Made by a program: the position numbers and the translations under genes
Shown: positions 56,886-64,000 of the stretch, in pieces
How the letters are laid out: every line of letters begins with the position of its first letter
Position numbering within the stretch: position 1 is the stretch's first letter
Origin: Eubacteriales bacterium
Lineage (GTDB): Bacteria > Bacillota > Clostridia > Oscillospirales > CAG-272
Reading direction: 5' to 3'
Length of the DNA: 64,000 nucleotides
Assembly: GCA_045648605.1 (NCBI GenBank)
Contig: JAZROG010000056.1
Coordinates: 2,392 to 66,391 of the forward strand
The notes under the pieces: generated by a model
Told to the model about the DNA's origin: nothing
The model's input: only the letters and a program-made list of their open reading frames with translations
Databases searched by the model: none

Positions 56886-56914
56886 TTGACAAATCATTCC
56901 AAATCTGTTATAAT
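56886..56914 (+). promoter_or_regulatory. Promoter of tRNA-Gln
   Basis: TTGACA (56886-91), a 17-nt spacer, then TATAAT (56909-14), 14 nt before the tRNA 5' end. Confidence 0.7.
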
Positions 56915-56928
56915 ATCTTCCGTTGCGA

Positions 56929-57004
56929 TGGGGCATCGCCAAGCGGTAAGGCAACGGACTCTGACTCCGTCATTACCTAGGTTCGAATCCTAGTGCCCCA
57001 GCCA
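56929..57004 (+). tRNA. tRNA-Gln (anticodon CTG), with CCA encoded
   Basis: Acceptor TGGGGCA/TGCCCCA, anticodon arm ACGGA-CTCTGAC-TCCGT and T-arm CTAGG-TTCGAAT-CCTAG. The backbone is close to the well-known bacterial tRNA-Gln (TGGGGxATCGCCAAGCGGTAAGGCA...). Confidence 0.9.
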
Positions 57005-57010
57005 AAAAAA

Positions 57011-57036
57011 TCCAACTCGTAAGAGTTGGATTTTTT
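57011..57036 (+). terminator. Terminator of tRNA-Gln
   Basis: TCCAACTC gtaa GAGTTGGA followed by TTTTTT. Confidence 0.8.
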
Positions 57037-57040
57037 CATT

Positions 57041-57119
57041 TGTGCCGTCAGGCACAACATCATTTGCCAAAATGGCAACATCATTTTGAGCAAAGCGAAA
57101 ACATCATTTCCGCTCGCGG
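57041..57119 (+). repeat. Tandem array of the word AACATCATTT (3 copies) alternating with mini-hairpin spacers
   Basis: The order is hairpin TGTGCC-gtca-GGCACA (57041-56), word (57056-65), GCCA-aaa-TGGC, word (57077-86), TGAGCAAAGCGAA, word (57100-09), CCGCTCGCGG. The period is 21-23 nt. Confidence 0.8.
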
Positions 57120-57187
57120 CTGCATCCAATGAAGTTACACCACGCGCAAACGGAATCATAACCATAGATATATTTTTAAATTTGGGG

Positions 57188-57216
57188 TTGATTTTCTTCA
57201 CCTCTCTTGCTATAAT
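57188..57216 (+). promoter_or_regulatory. Promoter of the DMT transporter gene
   Basis: TTGATT (57188-93), a 17-nt spacer, then TATAAT (57211-16). Confidence 0.5.
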
Positions 57217-57255
57217 AATGTGCAGTTATTGATTTTATCAAAAAAGGATTTTTTC

Positions 57256-58143
57256 ATGTTAGGTTATCTTTTTATTTTCATTTCAGTTGCCTTTAACATT
57301 ACAAAGGGGTTTGGAACAAAGATGGTGAGCGAATCGGTAAAAACGCTCCGTGATAATCTTGATATCAGCCTTTACCGCAATGCGCTTTGCTGTGTTTTTT
57401 CATTCATAACGGCAATTCTTGTGGGCGGAGTAGGCTTTTCTTTCAACGTCACCGAGTTCATCATCAGCGCTATCGCCGGAATCACAATGGCAATATTCAT
57501 TTCAAGCTGGCTCTTTACAATAAAATCAGATTCTTTTATGCTTGTCAGCGCTTGCGCATCATCAAGCTTTATCGTTCCTGCTATCATCGGTATATTTTTT
57601 CTCGGTGAAAAGATAACTCTTAATAAGATAATTGCTTTTGTTATCATTGTTTTTGCTCTCTTTTTCTTGCTTAAATACAATACAAAGCTCAATGGTAAAA
57701 TCTCTCTGAAATCGCTGATTCTTCTTGCTGTGGTACTGCTTTCACAGGGGATAAATCAGGCAATGCAGAAGATATATACCTATAATTTTCCCGATAAGGA
57801 TGTCAGCCACTATACCTTTTATGCCTCGGTCTTTACAGTCCTTGCGATACTTATTATGATGCCATTCTCAAAAAGGGACAAGTCTGCAGAAAAGGCTACT
57901 GCTCTTCTTTATCCCAAGGTGTTTTTCTATGCAACCGTCATGGCACTTGCACTTTTCGGAAATACATATTTCCAAACACTTGCCTCAAGAAGCGTTGATG
58001 CGCTGATTCTCTATCCGCTTTCAAGCGTACTTTCTCTCGGAGGTGCTTCCGCAATGTCTGCTATCCTCTTTGGCGAAAAGATGAACAGGGACAGCATAAT
58101 CGGTGTTATTCTGGTTTTTGTTGCACTACTTTTTGCAAGATAA
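57256..58143 (+). CDS. DMT superfamily (EamA-like) transporter
   Basis: 295 aa with about 10 TM segments in two halves. ATG 57256 follows AAGGA. The track ORF begins at GTG 57220. Confidence 0.65.
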   Translation: MLGYLFIFISVAFNITKGFGTKMVSESVKTLRDNLDISLYRNALCCVFSFITAILVGGVGFSFNVTEFIISAIAGITMAIFISSWLFTIKSDSFMLVSACASSSFIVPAIIGIFFLGEKITLNKIIAFVIIVFALFFLLKYNTKLNGKISLKSLILLAVVLLSQGINQAMQKIYTYNFPDKDVSHYTFYASVFTVLAILIMMPFSKRDKSAEKATALLYPKVFFYATVMALALFGNTYFQTLASRSVDALILYPLSSVLSLGGASAMSAILFGEKMNRDSIIGVILVFVALLFAR

Positions 58144-58202
58144 TGTTTATAAGTTTGGTTCAAAATTGTAGAGACAGAGCGTTATAGCTCTGCCTCTTTC
58201 TT

Positions 58203-58970
58203 TTATGCAAGCTCATCACGGAGAAAAGCAAAAATTTTCTTTTCCTCTCTTGAAACCTTCACCTGAGAAAGTCCGAGAGCATCTGCGGTCTCCTGCTGGG
58301 TATAATCCCGATAGTACCGAAGAAGAACTATTCTGCGCCATAGAGGCTGCATTTTTGATATTGCTTGCGAAAGTGCGATATTTTCGCAAAGCCTTTCCAT
58401 CTCGGTGCTGCTGTCAACATCGGCAATAGTCCCCTCAAGGGTCATTCCATCCTCACCGTAAATAAAATCCGAGAGCGAGCTTACGGGAGTTATGGAATCG
58501 AGTGCCACCGCCGCCTCGGAAACACTGACGCCGCAAAGGGATGCAAGCTCATCGATATGCGGATCTCTTCCCTCGCTTGACATAATATCATTTTTAGCCT
58601 TCAGAAGCTGAACGCCAAGCTTTTTATAGCTTCGGCTGACCTTGATTATTCCATCGTCACGAAGATATCTTCTGATCTCTCCGATTATAAGCGGTACTGC
58701 ATAAGTTGAAAAAACAGTACCTCTTTCAAGATCAAAGCTCCTTATTGCCTTGAGCATTCCTATGGTGCCTATCTGAATTAGATCCTCATATTCAAGACCT
58801 CTGTCCCGAAATTTTGCGGCTATGCTTCGAACAAGCCCCATATTGCTCTTTATAAGCTCCTCGGTTGCCCTCTCGTCCCCCTCCTGCGCAAGTGCTATCA
58901 GCGATTTGTTTTTTGAATATCCGTTTTCAGCCAAATCCTCCACCTCACCAAATCGGTTATCGGTACTCAT
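58203..58970 (-). CDS. sigF: RNA polymerase sporulation sigma factor SigF
   Basis: Sigma-70 regions 2-4 (YEDLIQIGTIGMLKAIRSFD, FSTYAVPLIIGEIRRYLRD, QQETADALGLSQVKVSREEKK). It lies directly downstream of spoIIAA-spoIIAB. Confidence 0.9.
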   Translation of the reverse strand: MSTDNRFGEVEDLAENGYSKNKSLIALAQEGDERATEELIKSNMGLVRSIAAKFRDRGLEYEDLIQIGTIGMLKAIRSFDLERGTVFSTYAVPLIIGEIRRYLRDDGIIKVSRSYKKLGVQLLKAKNDIMSSEGRDPHIDELASLCGVSVSEAAVALDSITPVSSLSDFIYGEDGMTLEGTIADVDSSTEMERLCENIALSQAISKMQPLWRRIVLLRYYRDYTQQETADALGLSQVKVSREEKKIFAFLRDELA

Positions 58971-58972
58971 TC

Positions 58973-59419
58973 TTATCTCCTGCTTGAAAGCCTTTTCATG
59001 AGCTGAACCGTGGTGCCTTTGCCAATCCTTGAGCGTACCTTCATTTCATCCATAAAGCTTTCCATAACAGTGAAGCCCATTCCGCTTCGCTCATCCTGTG
59101 GCGCACCCGTATAAAGCGGAGTTTTTGCAAGCTCGATATCCTCTATCCCCTTGCCCTTGTCCTTTATTTCCACCAAAATTATGCGCCCTTCAAGAATTTT
59201 TACCGATATGTAGATCTCACCGATAGAATCGGGGTATGCGTGGACTATGCAGTTGGTAACCGCCTCGGAAACCGCACATTTTATATCCGCAAGCTCTGTG
59301 GTATTTGGGTCTGCCTGTGCCGCAAAAGCCGCCACCATCGACCTTGCCGCCGATTCGTTTACAGAAAGGGACGGAAAATTCATTTTTATTGAGTTTATCA
59401 CCTTATTTTTTGCCTTCAT
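58973..59419 (-). CDS. spoIIAB: Anti-sigma F factor (serine kinase) SpoIIAB
   Basis: 148 aa with an HATPase_c-type sequence (EAVTNCIVHAY, DKGKGIEDIELA, SGMGFTVM). Confidence 0.9.
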   Translation of the reverse strand: MKAKNKVINSIKMNFPSLSVNESAARSMVAAFAAQADPNTTELADIKCAVSEAVTNCIVHAYPDSIGEIYISVKILEGRIILVEIKDKGKGIEDIELAKTPLYTGAPQDERSGMGFTVMESFMDEMKVRSRIGKGTTVQLMKRLSSRR

Positions 59420-59756
59420 TTGCTTTCACCTCTCTTTTTTCAATTCTTATTATCTTCTCCATTCCCGCAAGGGAGAGAATTCTTTTCGCTCCCGGCGAAG
59501 GGTTTAGCACCACCGTTTCTCCTCCAAGCTTTGTCATAAGAGAAAACCGCCCCATTATAAGTCCAAGTCCCGAGCTGTCCATAAAATCAACCCTTGACAG
59601 ATCAATATACAGAGTCCTTGGCCTTTTCTTCATCAGAGCCTCGTCTATCTCGTGACGGAGCACTGCAGCGCTGTGGTGGTCGATCTCCCCCACAAGACTT
59701 AAGGTAAATCTTTCCTTCTCCTCATCATAGAGGGAAATATACAATTCCTTTTCCAT
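59403..59756 (-). CDS. spoIIAA: Anti-sigma F factor antagonist SpoIIAA (STAS domain)
   Basis: LVGEIDHHSAAVLRHEID and the phosphorylatable-Ser motif DFMDSSGLGLI. ATG 59756 follows AAGGAG. Confidence 0.88.
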   Translation of the reverse strand: MEKELYISLYDEEKERFTLSLVGEIDHHSAAVLRHEIDEALMKKRPRTLYIDLSRVDFMDSSGLGLIMGRFSLMTKLGGETVVLNPSPGAKRILSLAGMEKIIRIEKREVKANEGKK

Positions 59757-59909
59757 TTTACATCTCCTTTTGTTTTTCTTCTGTGCATATTTTATCACCT
59801 TTCATGGGAAAAATTTGTCACATTCTGCGTTTATGATAAATTTTCTGAAAAAACTTGCTTTTATATGAATTTTGTGCTATACTTATGGATATAAAAGAGA
59901 GGTATCGCA

Positions 59910-61142
59910 ATGAAAAAAATTAAAATTCTCCCAATTCTTCTTGCTTTTCTTCTGCTTCTTCCCTCTTGCACAGCAAGCGACAGAAAAAGAGCACAGACAA
60001 ATGAAATAATAAATAGGGATCAAATACTTAATATAGAGATGCCAAGCGAAAAGGATGTTTTCGGCGAAACGAGAATAAGCTTTGCAGCGGCAGGCGATAA
60101 CATCATTCACGAGGCAGTATTTACCGATGCAAAAAATAATGCGGCGGTCTATGCTTCAAGCACAGGCATTGCCACAAAATACCGCTTTACAGAGATGTAT
60201 GAGGGTATTGCGGACATAATTAAAAGCGCGGATATTTCATATGTAAATCATGAAACACCCGTTGCGGGCGAAAGCTTTGGAATCAGCGGTTATCCCGATT
60301 TCAATGCTCCCTCCGAGATAGGAAATGACCTTTCGGAGGTTGGCTTTGACATTATCAACATTGCCAATAACCATATGCTTGATATGAAGGAAAAGGGTCT
60401 GCGCAATTCAATAAGCTATTGGAATGAAAAATCCGCCACACACGGAATCACCATGATAGGGGGATACACAAAGGACGATTATGATTCCATCAGATTCATA
60501 GAAAAGGACGGAGTTAAGATCGCGCTCCTCTCCTATCTGACATTTGTTAACGACTCACATAAAAATTCTCTTTCATCATCAAGTGAGCTTATTATTCCCT
60601 ATGCAAATAAGAACACTATGACACGTCAAGTTGACATTGCAAAGGAAAACGGTGCCGATATCATTATCGTTTCCATGCACTGGGGAACGGAAAATGACCT
60701 GAAGCCAAGGCAATCCCAGAAGGATTACGCAAATCATCTTGCAGCTCTCGGAGTTGACGTTATATTGGGCACACACTCTCACACCCTACAGCCTGTGGAG
60801 TGGATAGAGGGCGAGAACGGACACAAAACGCTCTGCGCATATTCTCTCGGAAACCTCCTTTCAACAATGCACTATAATGAATATATGGTTGGTGGCATCC
60901 TGACATTTGACATTGTGGAGGATGATATGGGCGCAAGGATTGAAAACCCGATGCTTATCCCCACTATGTGCCATTACAGCATGACACGCGACAGTCTGAA
61001 GCTTTATACCCTTGAAAATTACACCGAAGCGCTTCTGAAATCCCATGGCTCACAGTTGCAAAGAGCTTTTACCATGAACACTTTACTTGATCGTTTGAAA
61101 AATACCGTTTCAAGTGAATTCTTGCCCGAAGCCTTCAAATAA
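59910..61142 (+). CDS. CapA family (PGA_cap metallophosphatase-like) lipoprotein
   Basis: Signal/lipobox LLLLPSCTAS, plus AAAGDNIIHE, NHETP, ANNHMLD and SMHWGTE motifs. Confidence 0.8.
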   Translation: MKKIKILPILLAFLLLLPSCTASDRKRAQTNEIINRDQILNIEMPSEKDVFGETRISFAAAGDNIIHEAVFTDAKNNAAVYASSTGIATKYRFTEMYEGIADIIKSADISYVNHETPVAGESFGISGYPDFNAPSEIGNDLSEVGFDIINIANNHMLDMKEKGLRNSISYWNEKSATHGITMIGGYTKDDYDSIRFIEKDGVKIALLSYLTFVNDSHKNSLSSSSELIIPYANKNTMTRQVDIAKENGADIIIVSMHWGTENDLKPRQSQKDYANHLAALGVDVILGTHSHTLQPVEWIEGENGHKTLCAYSLGNLLSTMHYNEYMVGGILTFDIVEDDMGARIENPMLIPTMCHYSMTRDSLKLYTLENYTEALLKSHGSQLQRAFTMNTLLDRLKNTVSSEFLPEAFK

Positions 61143-61146
61143 AAAA

Positions 61147-61176
61147 GGTGCTGAACAGCCGTTCAGCACCTTTTTT
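61147..61176 (+). terminator. Terminator after the capA-family gene
   Basis: GGTGCTGAAC agcc GTTCAGCACC followed by TTTTTT. Confidence 0.8.
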
Positions 61177-61277
61177 AACAATGCAACCGTCAGTTGCTAA
61201 ATTTCCAAGGAAAGTTTATAGACATTTGGGCGGTTTTGTGCTATAATTTATTCGGAAAAACAGTATTGGAGGACATT

Positions 61278-62144
61278 ATGGATTTAGGAAAAAGAATATA
61301 TGACCTGAGAAAAGAAAAGCATCTTTCCCAGGGTGAGCTTGCAGAGATGCTTGATGTTTCAAGACAATCAATTTCAAAATGGGAAACAAATACTTCAACT
61401 CCTGAACTTGACAAGCTCTTAAAAATGAGCGAGATTTTCGGAGTTTCTCTTGATTGCCTTATAAAAGGAACCGAGGGAACAGAACAACAAATCAAAAAAG
61501 CTCCCACAGATGCGGAAGTAATATATAGAGAAAAAAGTCAGACTCAAAAGATAGTCGGTGCAATACTTTTATCTGTGGGACTGCTGGCTTTCCTCATTTT
61601 AACCGCCCTTGGAGGACTGCTTGGCGGCCTGTTCTTCTCTTCTCCTTTTATCACCTGCGGTATAATCTGCCTTGTCTTTAAAAAAAGAGTTCTTTTATGG
61701 TGTGCTTGGGATGTTTTCTTACTCATTGATGCCTATATTTTTTATGCCACGGGAATAAGCCGTGGAAGCGTACTTATTACTATGAAGTGGACAAATGAAA
61801 TGAATTTTGCAAGACTCTATGTCGCTTGGGCATCACTCATATGCCTTTCCCTGCTCATAATCGCAACACTTATCAGCTTCAAAAAATATGTCTTCAAGCC
61901 AAGGGGCAAAAAGCTGATCATTATCGGTTCTTTCCTTCTCACAACGGTATTTTTGATGATATTTACAACTTTCTATGCAGAAGACATCAGCCGTGCACTT
62001 GAAAATCACGAATATCTTTCGATGAGAGCCACCATGGAGTTTTTCAGATTTATTTCCTTTATCAACGAATGGGCAAAAATATCTTCATTTGTGACAGTTC
62101 TGGTCACCGTAATGGGATATTTCAGATTCAAAAAGCAGGACTGA
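61278..62144 (+). CDS. XRE-family helix-turn-helix regulator fused to a multi-TM membrane domain
   Basis: MDLGKRIYDLRKEKHLSQGELAEMLDVSRQSISKWETNTSTPELDKL, then about 5 hydrophobic spans. ATG 61278 follows TTGGAGGA. Confidence 0.8.
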   Translation: MDLGKRIYDLRKEKHLSQGELAEMLDVSRQSISKWETNTSTPELDKLLKMSEIFGVSLDCLIKGTEGTEQQIKKAPTDAEVIYREKSQTQKIVGAILLSVGLLAFLILTALGGLLGGLFFSSPFITCGIICLVFKKRVLLWCAWDVFLLIDAYIFYATGISRGSVLITMKWTNEMNFARLYVAWASLICLSLLIIATLISFKKYVFKPRGKKLIIIGSFLLTTVFLMIFTTFYAEDISRALENHEYLSMRATMEFFRFISFINEWAKISSFVTVLVTVMGYFRFKKQD

Positions 62145-62160
62145 TCGCAGATCAGTCCTG
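62136..62160. terminator. Hairpin shared by the convergent XRE-TM and LysR genes
   Basis: CAGGACTGATC gca GATCAGTCCTG, an 11-bp stem that includes the XRE gene stop codon. Confidence 0.6.
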
Positions 62161-62164
62161 TACT

Positions 62165-63064
62165 TTATTTATAAGACCTCTTTACCTCTCGATAAAGCCT
62201 CATCAGCCTTGAAAGTATATCGGTATTATCAAAATCCTTATGATAAACGATGTTTGTTTCGCGAATCATACTTAGATTTTCGATGGGAAGGACTGTAATC
62301 TTTCCTTTCATTACCTCGTCCATACAAGCGCTTTTGGCAAGAATCGAGACACCGAGATTTTTTCTTATAAGATCCTTTATTGTAGCGATATTATCAACCT
62401 CAAGCATTATATCAAAATCGCTTATGCTCTCACCAAGTATCTCAAGTTGATTTTCAAACTGAATTCTGGTTGCGGAGCTTGGAAGACGAAGTATCATTTT
62501 CTCCCGCCTTAGTTCTCGCAAGGTTACCATCTCATTTTTGGCAAGCTGATTTTCATTGGCAAGAACGCAAACAAGATAGTCTGTATCAAGCATAAGTGAA
62601 CGAAGCTCCTTACCGCTGGGTTTTCCGTCAACTATTGCCAAATCAAGCTCATAATTTTCAAGCATATTATAAAGATTTGTTATAGGCTCAGTTATAATCG
62701 TTATGCTGGCGCCATCATATTTTGCTCCGTATTTTGCCAGCACCTCGGTTATAAGATTACTCTCTGCTGTGTGGGTGATTCCTATTCTTATATTGCTTAT
62801 TCGCTTCTCACTATCGTCAAGATCGCGTATAAGCTTGTCCCCGAGAACCTTCATTCTCCTTGCATATTTCACTACAAGCTCACCATCCGGGGTCAATTTC
62901 AACTCTCCCTTTCCCCTGACAAGCAGCTTTTTATCAAGCTCGGTTTCAAGTGCGTTTATATGGTGGCTGACAGCCGGCTGTGTAAGCGAAAGCTGCTTTG
63001 CAGCCTTTGTGAAGCTTCCATTCTCTGCCACAGCAAGCAATGTTTTCAGTTTTACATCTATCAT
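62165..63064 (-). CDS. LysR family transcriptional regulator
   Basis: An N-terminal HTH LKTLLAVAENGSFTKAAKQLSLTQPAVSHHINALE, plus a LysR substrate-binding domain. Confidence 0.9.
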   Translation of the reverse strand: MIDVKLKTLLAVAENGSFTKAAKQLSLTQPAVSHHINALETELDKKLLVRGKGELKLTPDGELVVKYARRMKVLGDKLIRDLDDSEKRISNIRIGITHTAESNLITEVLAKYGAKYDGASITIITEPITNLYNMLENYELDLAIVDGKPSGKELRSLMLDTDYLVCVLANENQLAKNEMVTLRELRREKMILRLPSSATRIQFENQLEILGESISDFDIMLEVDNIATIKDLIRKNLGVSILAKSACMDEVMKGKITVLPIENLSMIRETNIVYHKDFDNTDILSRLMRLYREVKRSYK

Positions 63065-63211
63065 AAGTTTACTCCTATAAATTTTTTTTATATACCGAAG
63101 AAAAATAATAATTTGACTTTATAATAAAAATAGTATATCATATATAGTGGAAAAAAGCAAGAGCCGATCGAAAAAAATTACTCGGCTCTGATTATTTTTT
63201 GGAGGTTTAAT

Positions 63212-64000
63212 GTGCTTGACACACTTTACGGTAAAATAAGCGCCGATTCCCCCGGTGCTATTATAATCATTTCTGTGGCGCTGATGATATTTTTCGGCTT
63301 TGCAATGACGAGAATTACAAAAAAATTACGTCTGCCAAATGTTACCGCCTATATCCTTGCGGGAGTTATTATAGGTCCCGCTTGCCTTGATATGATACCA
63401 AGCAATATAATTGCGGGGACAGATTTTCTCTCCGACATTGCACTTGCTTTTATAGCATTCAGCGTCGGTGAATTTTTCAAAATAAGCAAGCTGAAAAAGA
63501 ACGGTCTTAAAAGCATACTCATCACTCTTATCGAAGCAGCTCTCACATCGATCTTAGTCTTTTCGTTACTTCGATTCGGTCTGAAAATGAGTTTTTCCCT
63601 TGCCCTTGTCCTTGCGGCGCTTGCCTCCGCAACTGCCCCTGCATCTACAATTATGACCATAAGGCAGACACGCGCAAAGGGAGACCTTGTTGAAACGCTT
63701 CTGCAGGTCATTGCGCTTGATAATGTTGTCGGTCTTCTTGCTTACAGTATTGCGATCTCGGTTGCCATCTCATACAGCACAGAGGCTTCTTCTCTCGAGA
63801 TCGGCGTCATAATAATGCCAATAATCAAAAATATCTTCGCCATTGCGATCGGTGCTATCCTCGGTCTTGTTATGAAGCTTCTGATCTCCCACCGTTCAAA
63901 TGACAACAGACTGATAATTTCGGTTGGCATCATGTTCCTTTTCTGCGGAATATGCGCAGTTATGGATGTTTCGCCACTGCTTGGATGTATGATGATCGGA
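63212..64000 (+). CDS. Cation:proton antiporter (CPA2 / Na+-H+ exchanger family), 3'-truncated by the window edge
   Basis: GTG 63212 lies 6 nt after GGAGG. Translation LRLPNVTAYILAGVIIGPACLD...IALAFIAFSVGEFF...ASATAPASTIMTIRQ is typical of KefB/NapA-like exchangers. The frame is open to 64000. Confidence 0.8.
   Translation, partial: MLDTLYGKISADSPGAIIIISVALMIFFGFAMTRITKKLRLPNVTAYILAGVIIGPACLDMIPSNIIAGTDFLSDIALAFIAFSVGEFFKISKLKKNGLKSILITLIEAALTSILVFSLLRFGLKMSFSLALVLAALASATAPASTIMTIRQTRAKGDLVETLLQVIALDNVVGLLAYSIAISVAISYSTEASSLEIGVIIMPIIKNIFAIAIGAILGLVMKLLISHRSNDNRLIISVGIMFLFCGICAVMDVSPLLGCMMIG

Noticed and set aside
54789-57119. The two word-repeat arrays as CRISPR arrays.
   Set aside because: The repeated units are only 8-12 nt, with 6-36 nt irregular spacers, mixed orientation in the first array, and no cas genes. 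The architecture is incompatible with CRISPR.
59757-59909. Spo0A box and sigma-H promoter upstream of spoIIAA.
   Set aside because: The best 0A-box-like element (TGTCACA on the plus strand near 59816) matches only 5 of 7 positions of TGTCGAA. The sigma-H-like AAAGGTGAT...GAAGAA spacing is ambiguous. It is plausible biologically but not supportable by eye.

Overview
This is a 64-kb chromosomal segment from a moderate-GC, endospore-forming Clostridia-type Firmicute. That assignment is an inference from the spoIIAA-spoIIAB-sigF operon, ylmC, a zinc-finger ClpE, and the clostridial nusB/tsaD-like/xseA/xseB/ispA/tlyA/nadK/argR/recN operon. About 60 CDS are tightly packed and mostly housekeeping: argS, tsf-rpsB, ecfA1-ecfA2-ecfT-truA, ruvC and ruvAB, murA, a WalRK-like two-component cluster, and the RNA-modification genes trmK, rlmD-like, rluD-like and truA. 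There are two tRNAs, Arg-CCG and Gln-CTG, each with its own consensus promoter and terminator. Many sigma-A promoters with exact 17-nt spacing and many hairpin terminators are readable by eye. No rRNA, CRISPR array, transposase or integrase was found.

Five things are non-routine:
1. An AT-rich islet at 54.8-56.7 kb abuts the tRNA-Arg 3' end. It carries an Avd-like four-helix-bundle gene translationally coupled to a Cys-less HNH nuclease, plus a CPBP protease.
2. Two unusual arrays of constant words alternating with mini-palindromes flank that islet and the tRNAs.
3. Four accessory genes carry six 1-nt homopolymer frameshifts in total, while roughly 55 other CDS are intact.
4. A P-type-ATPase homologue has lost all catalytic signature motifs.
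5. A 42-codon ORF encodes only a sortase-type sorting signal.

All calls come from reading the sequence and ORF translations by eye. No database search was run.
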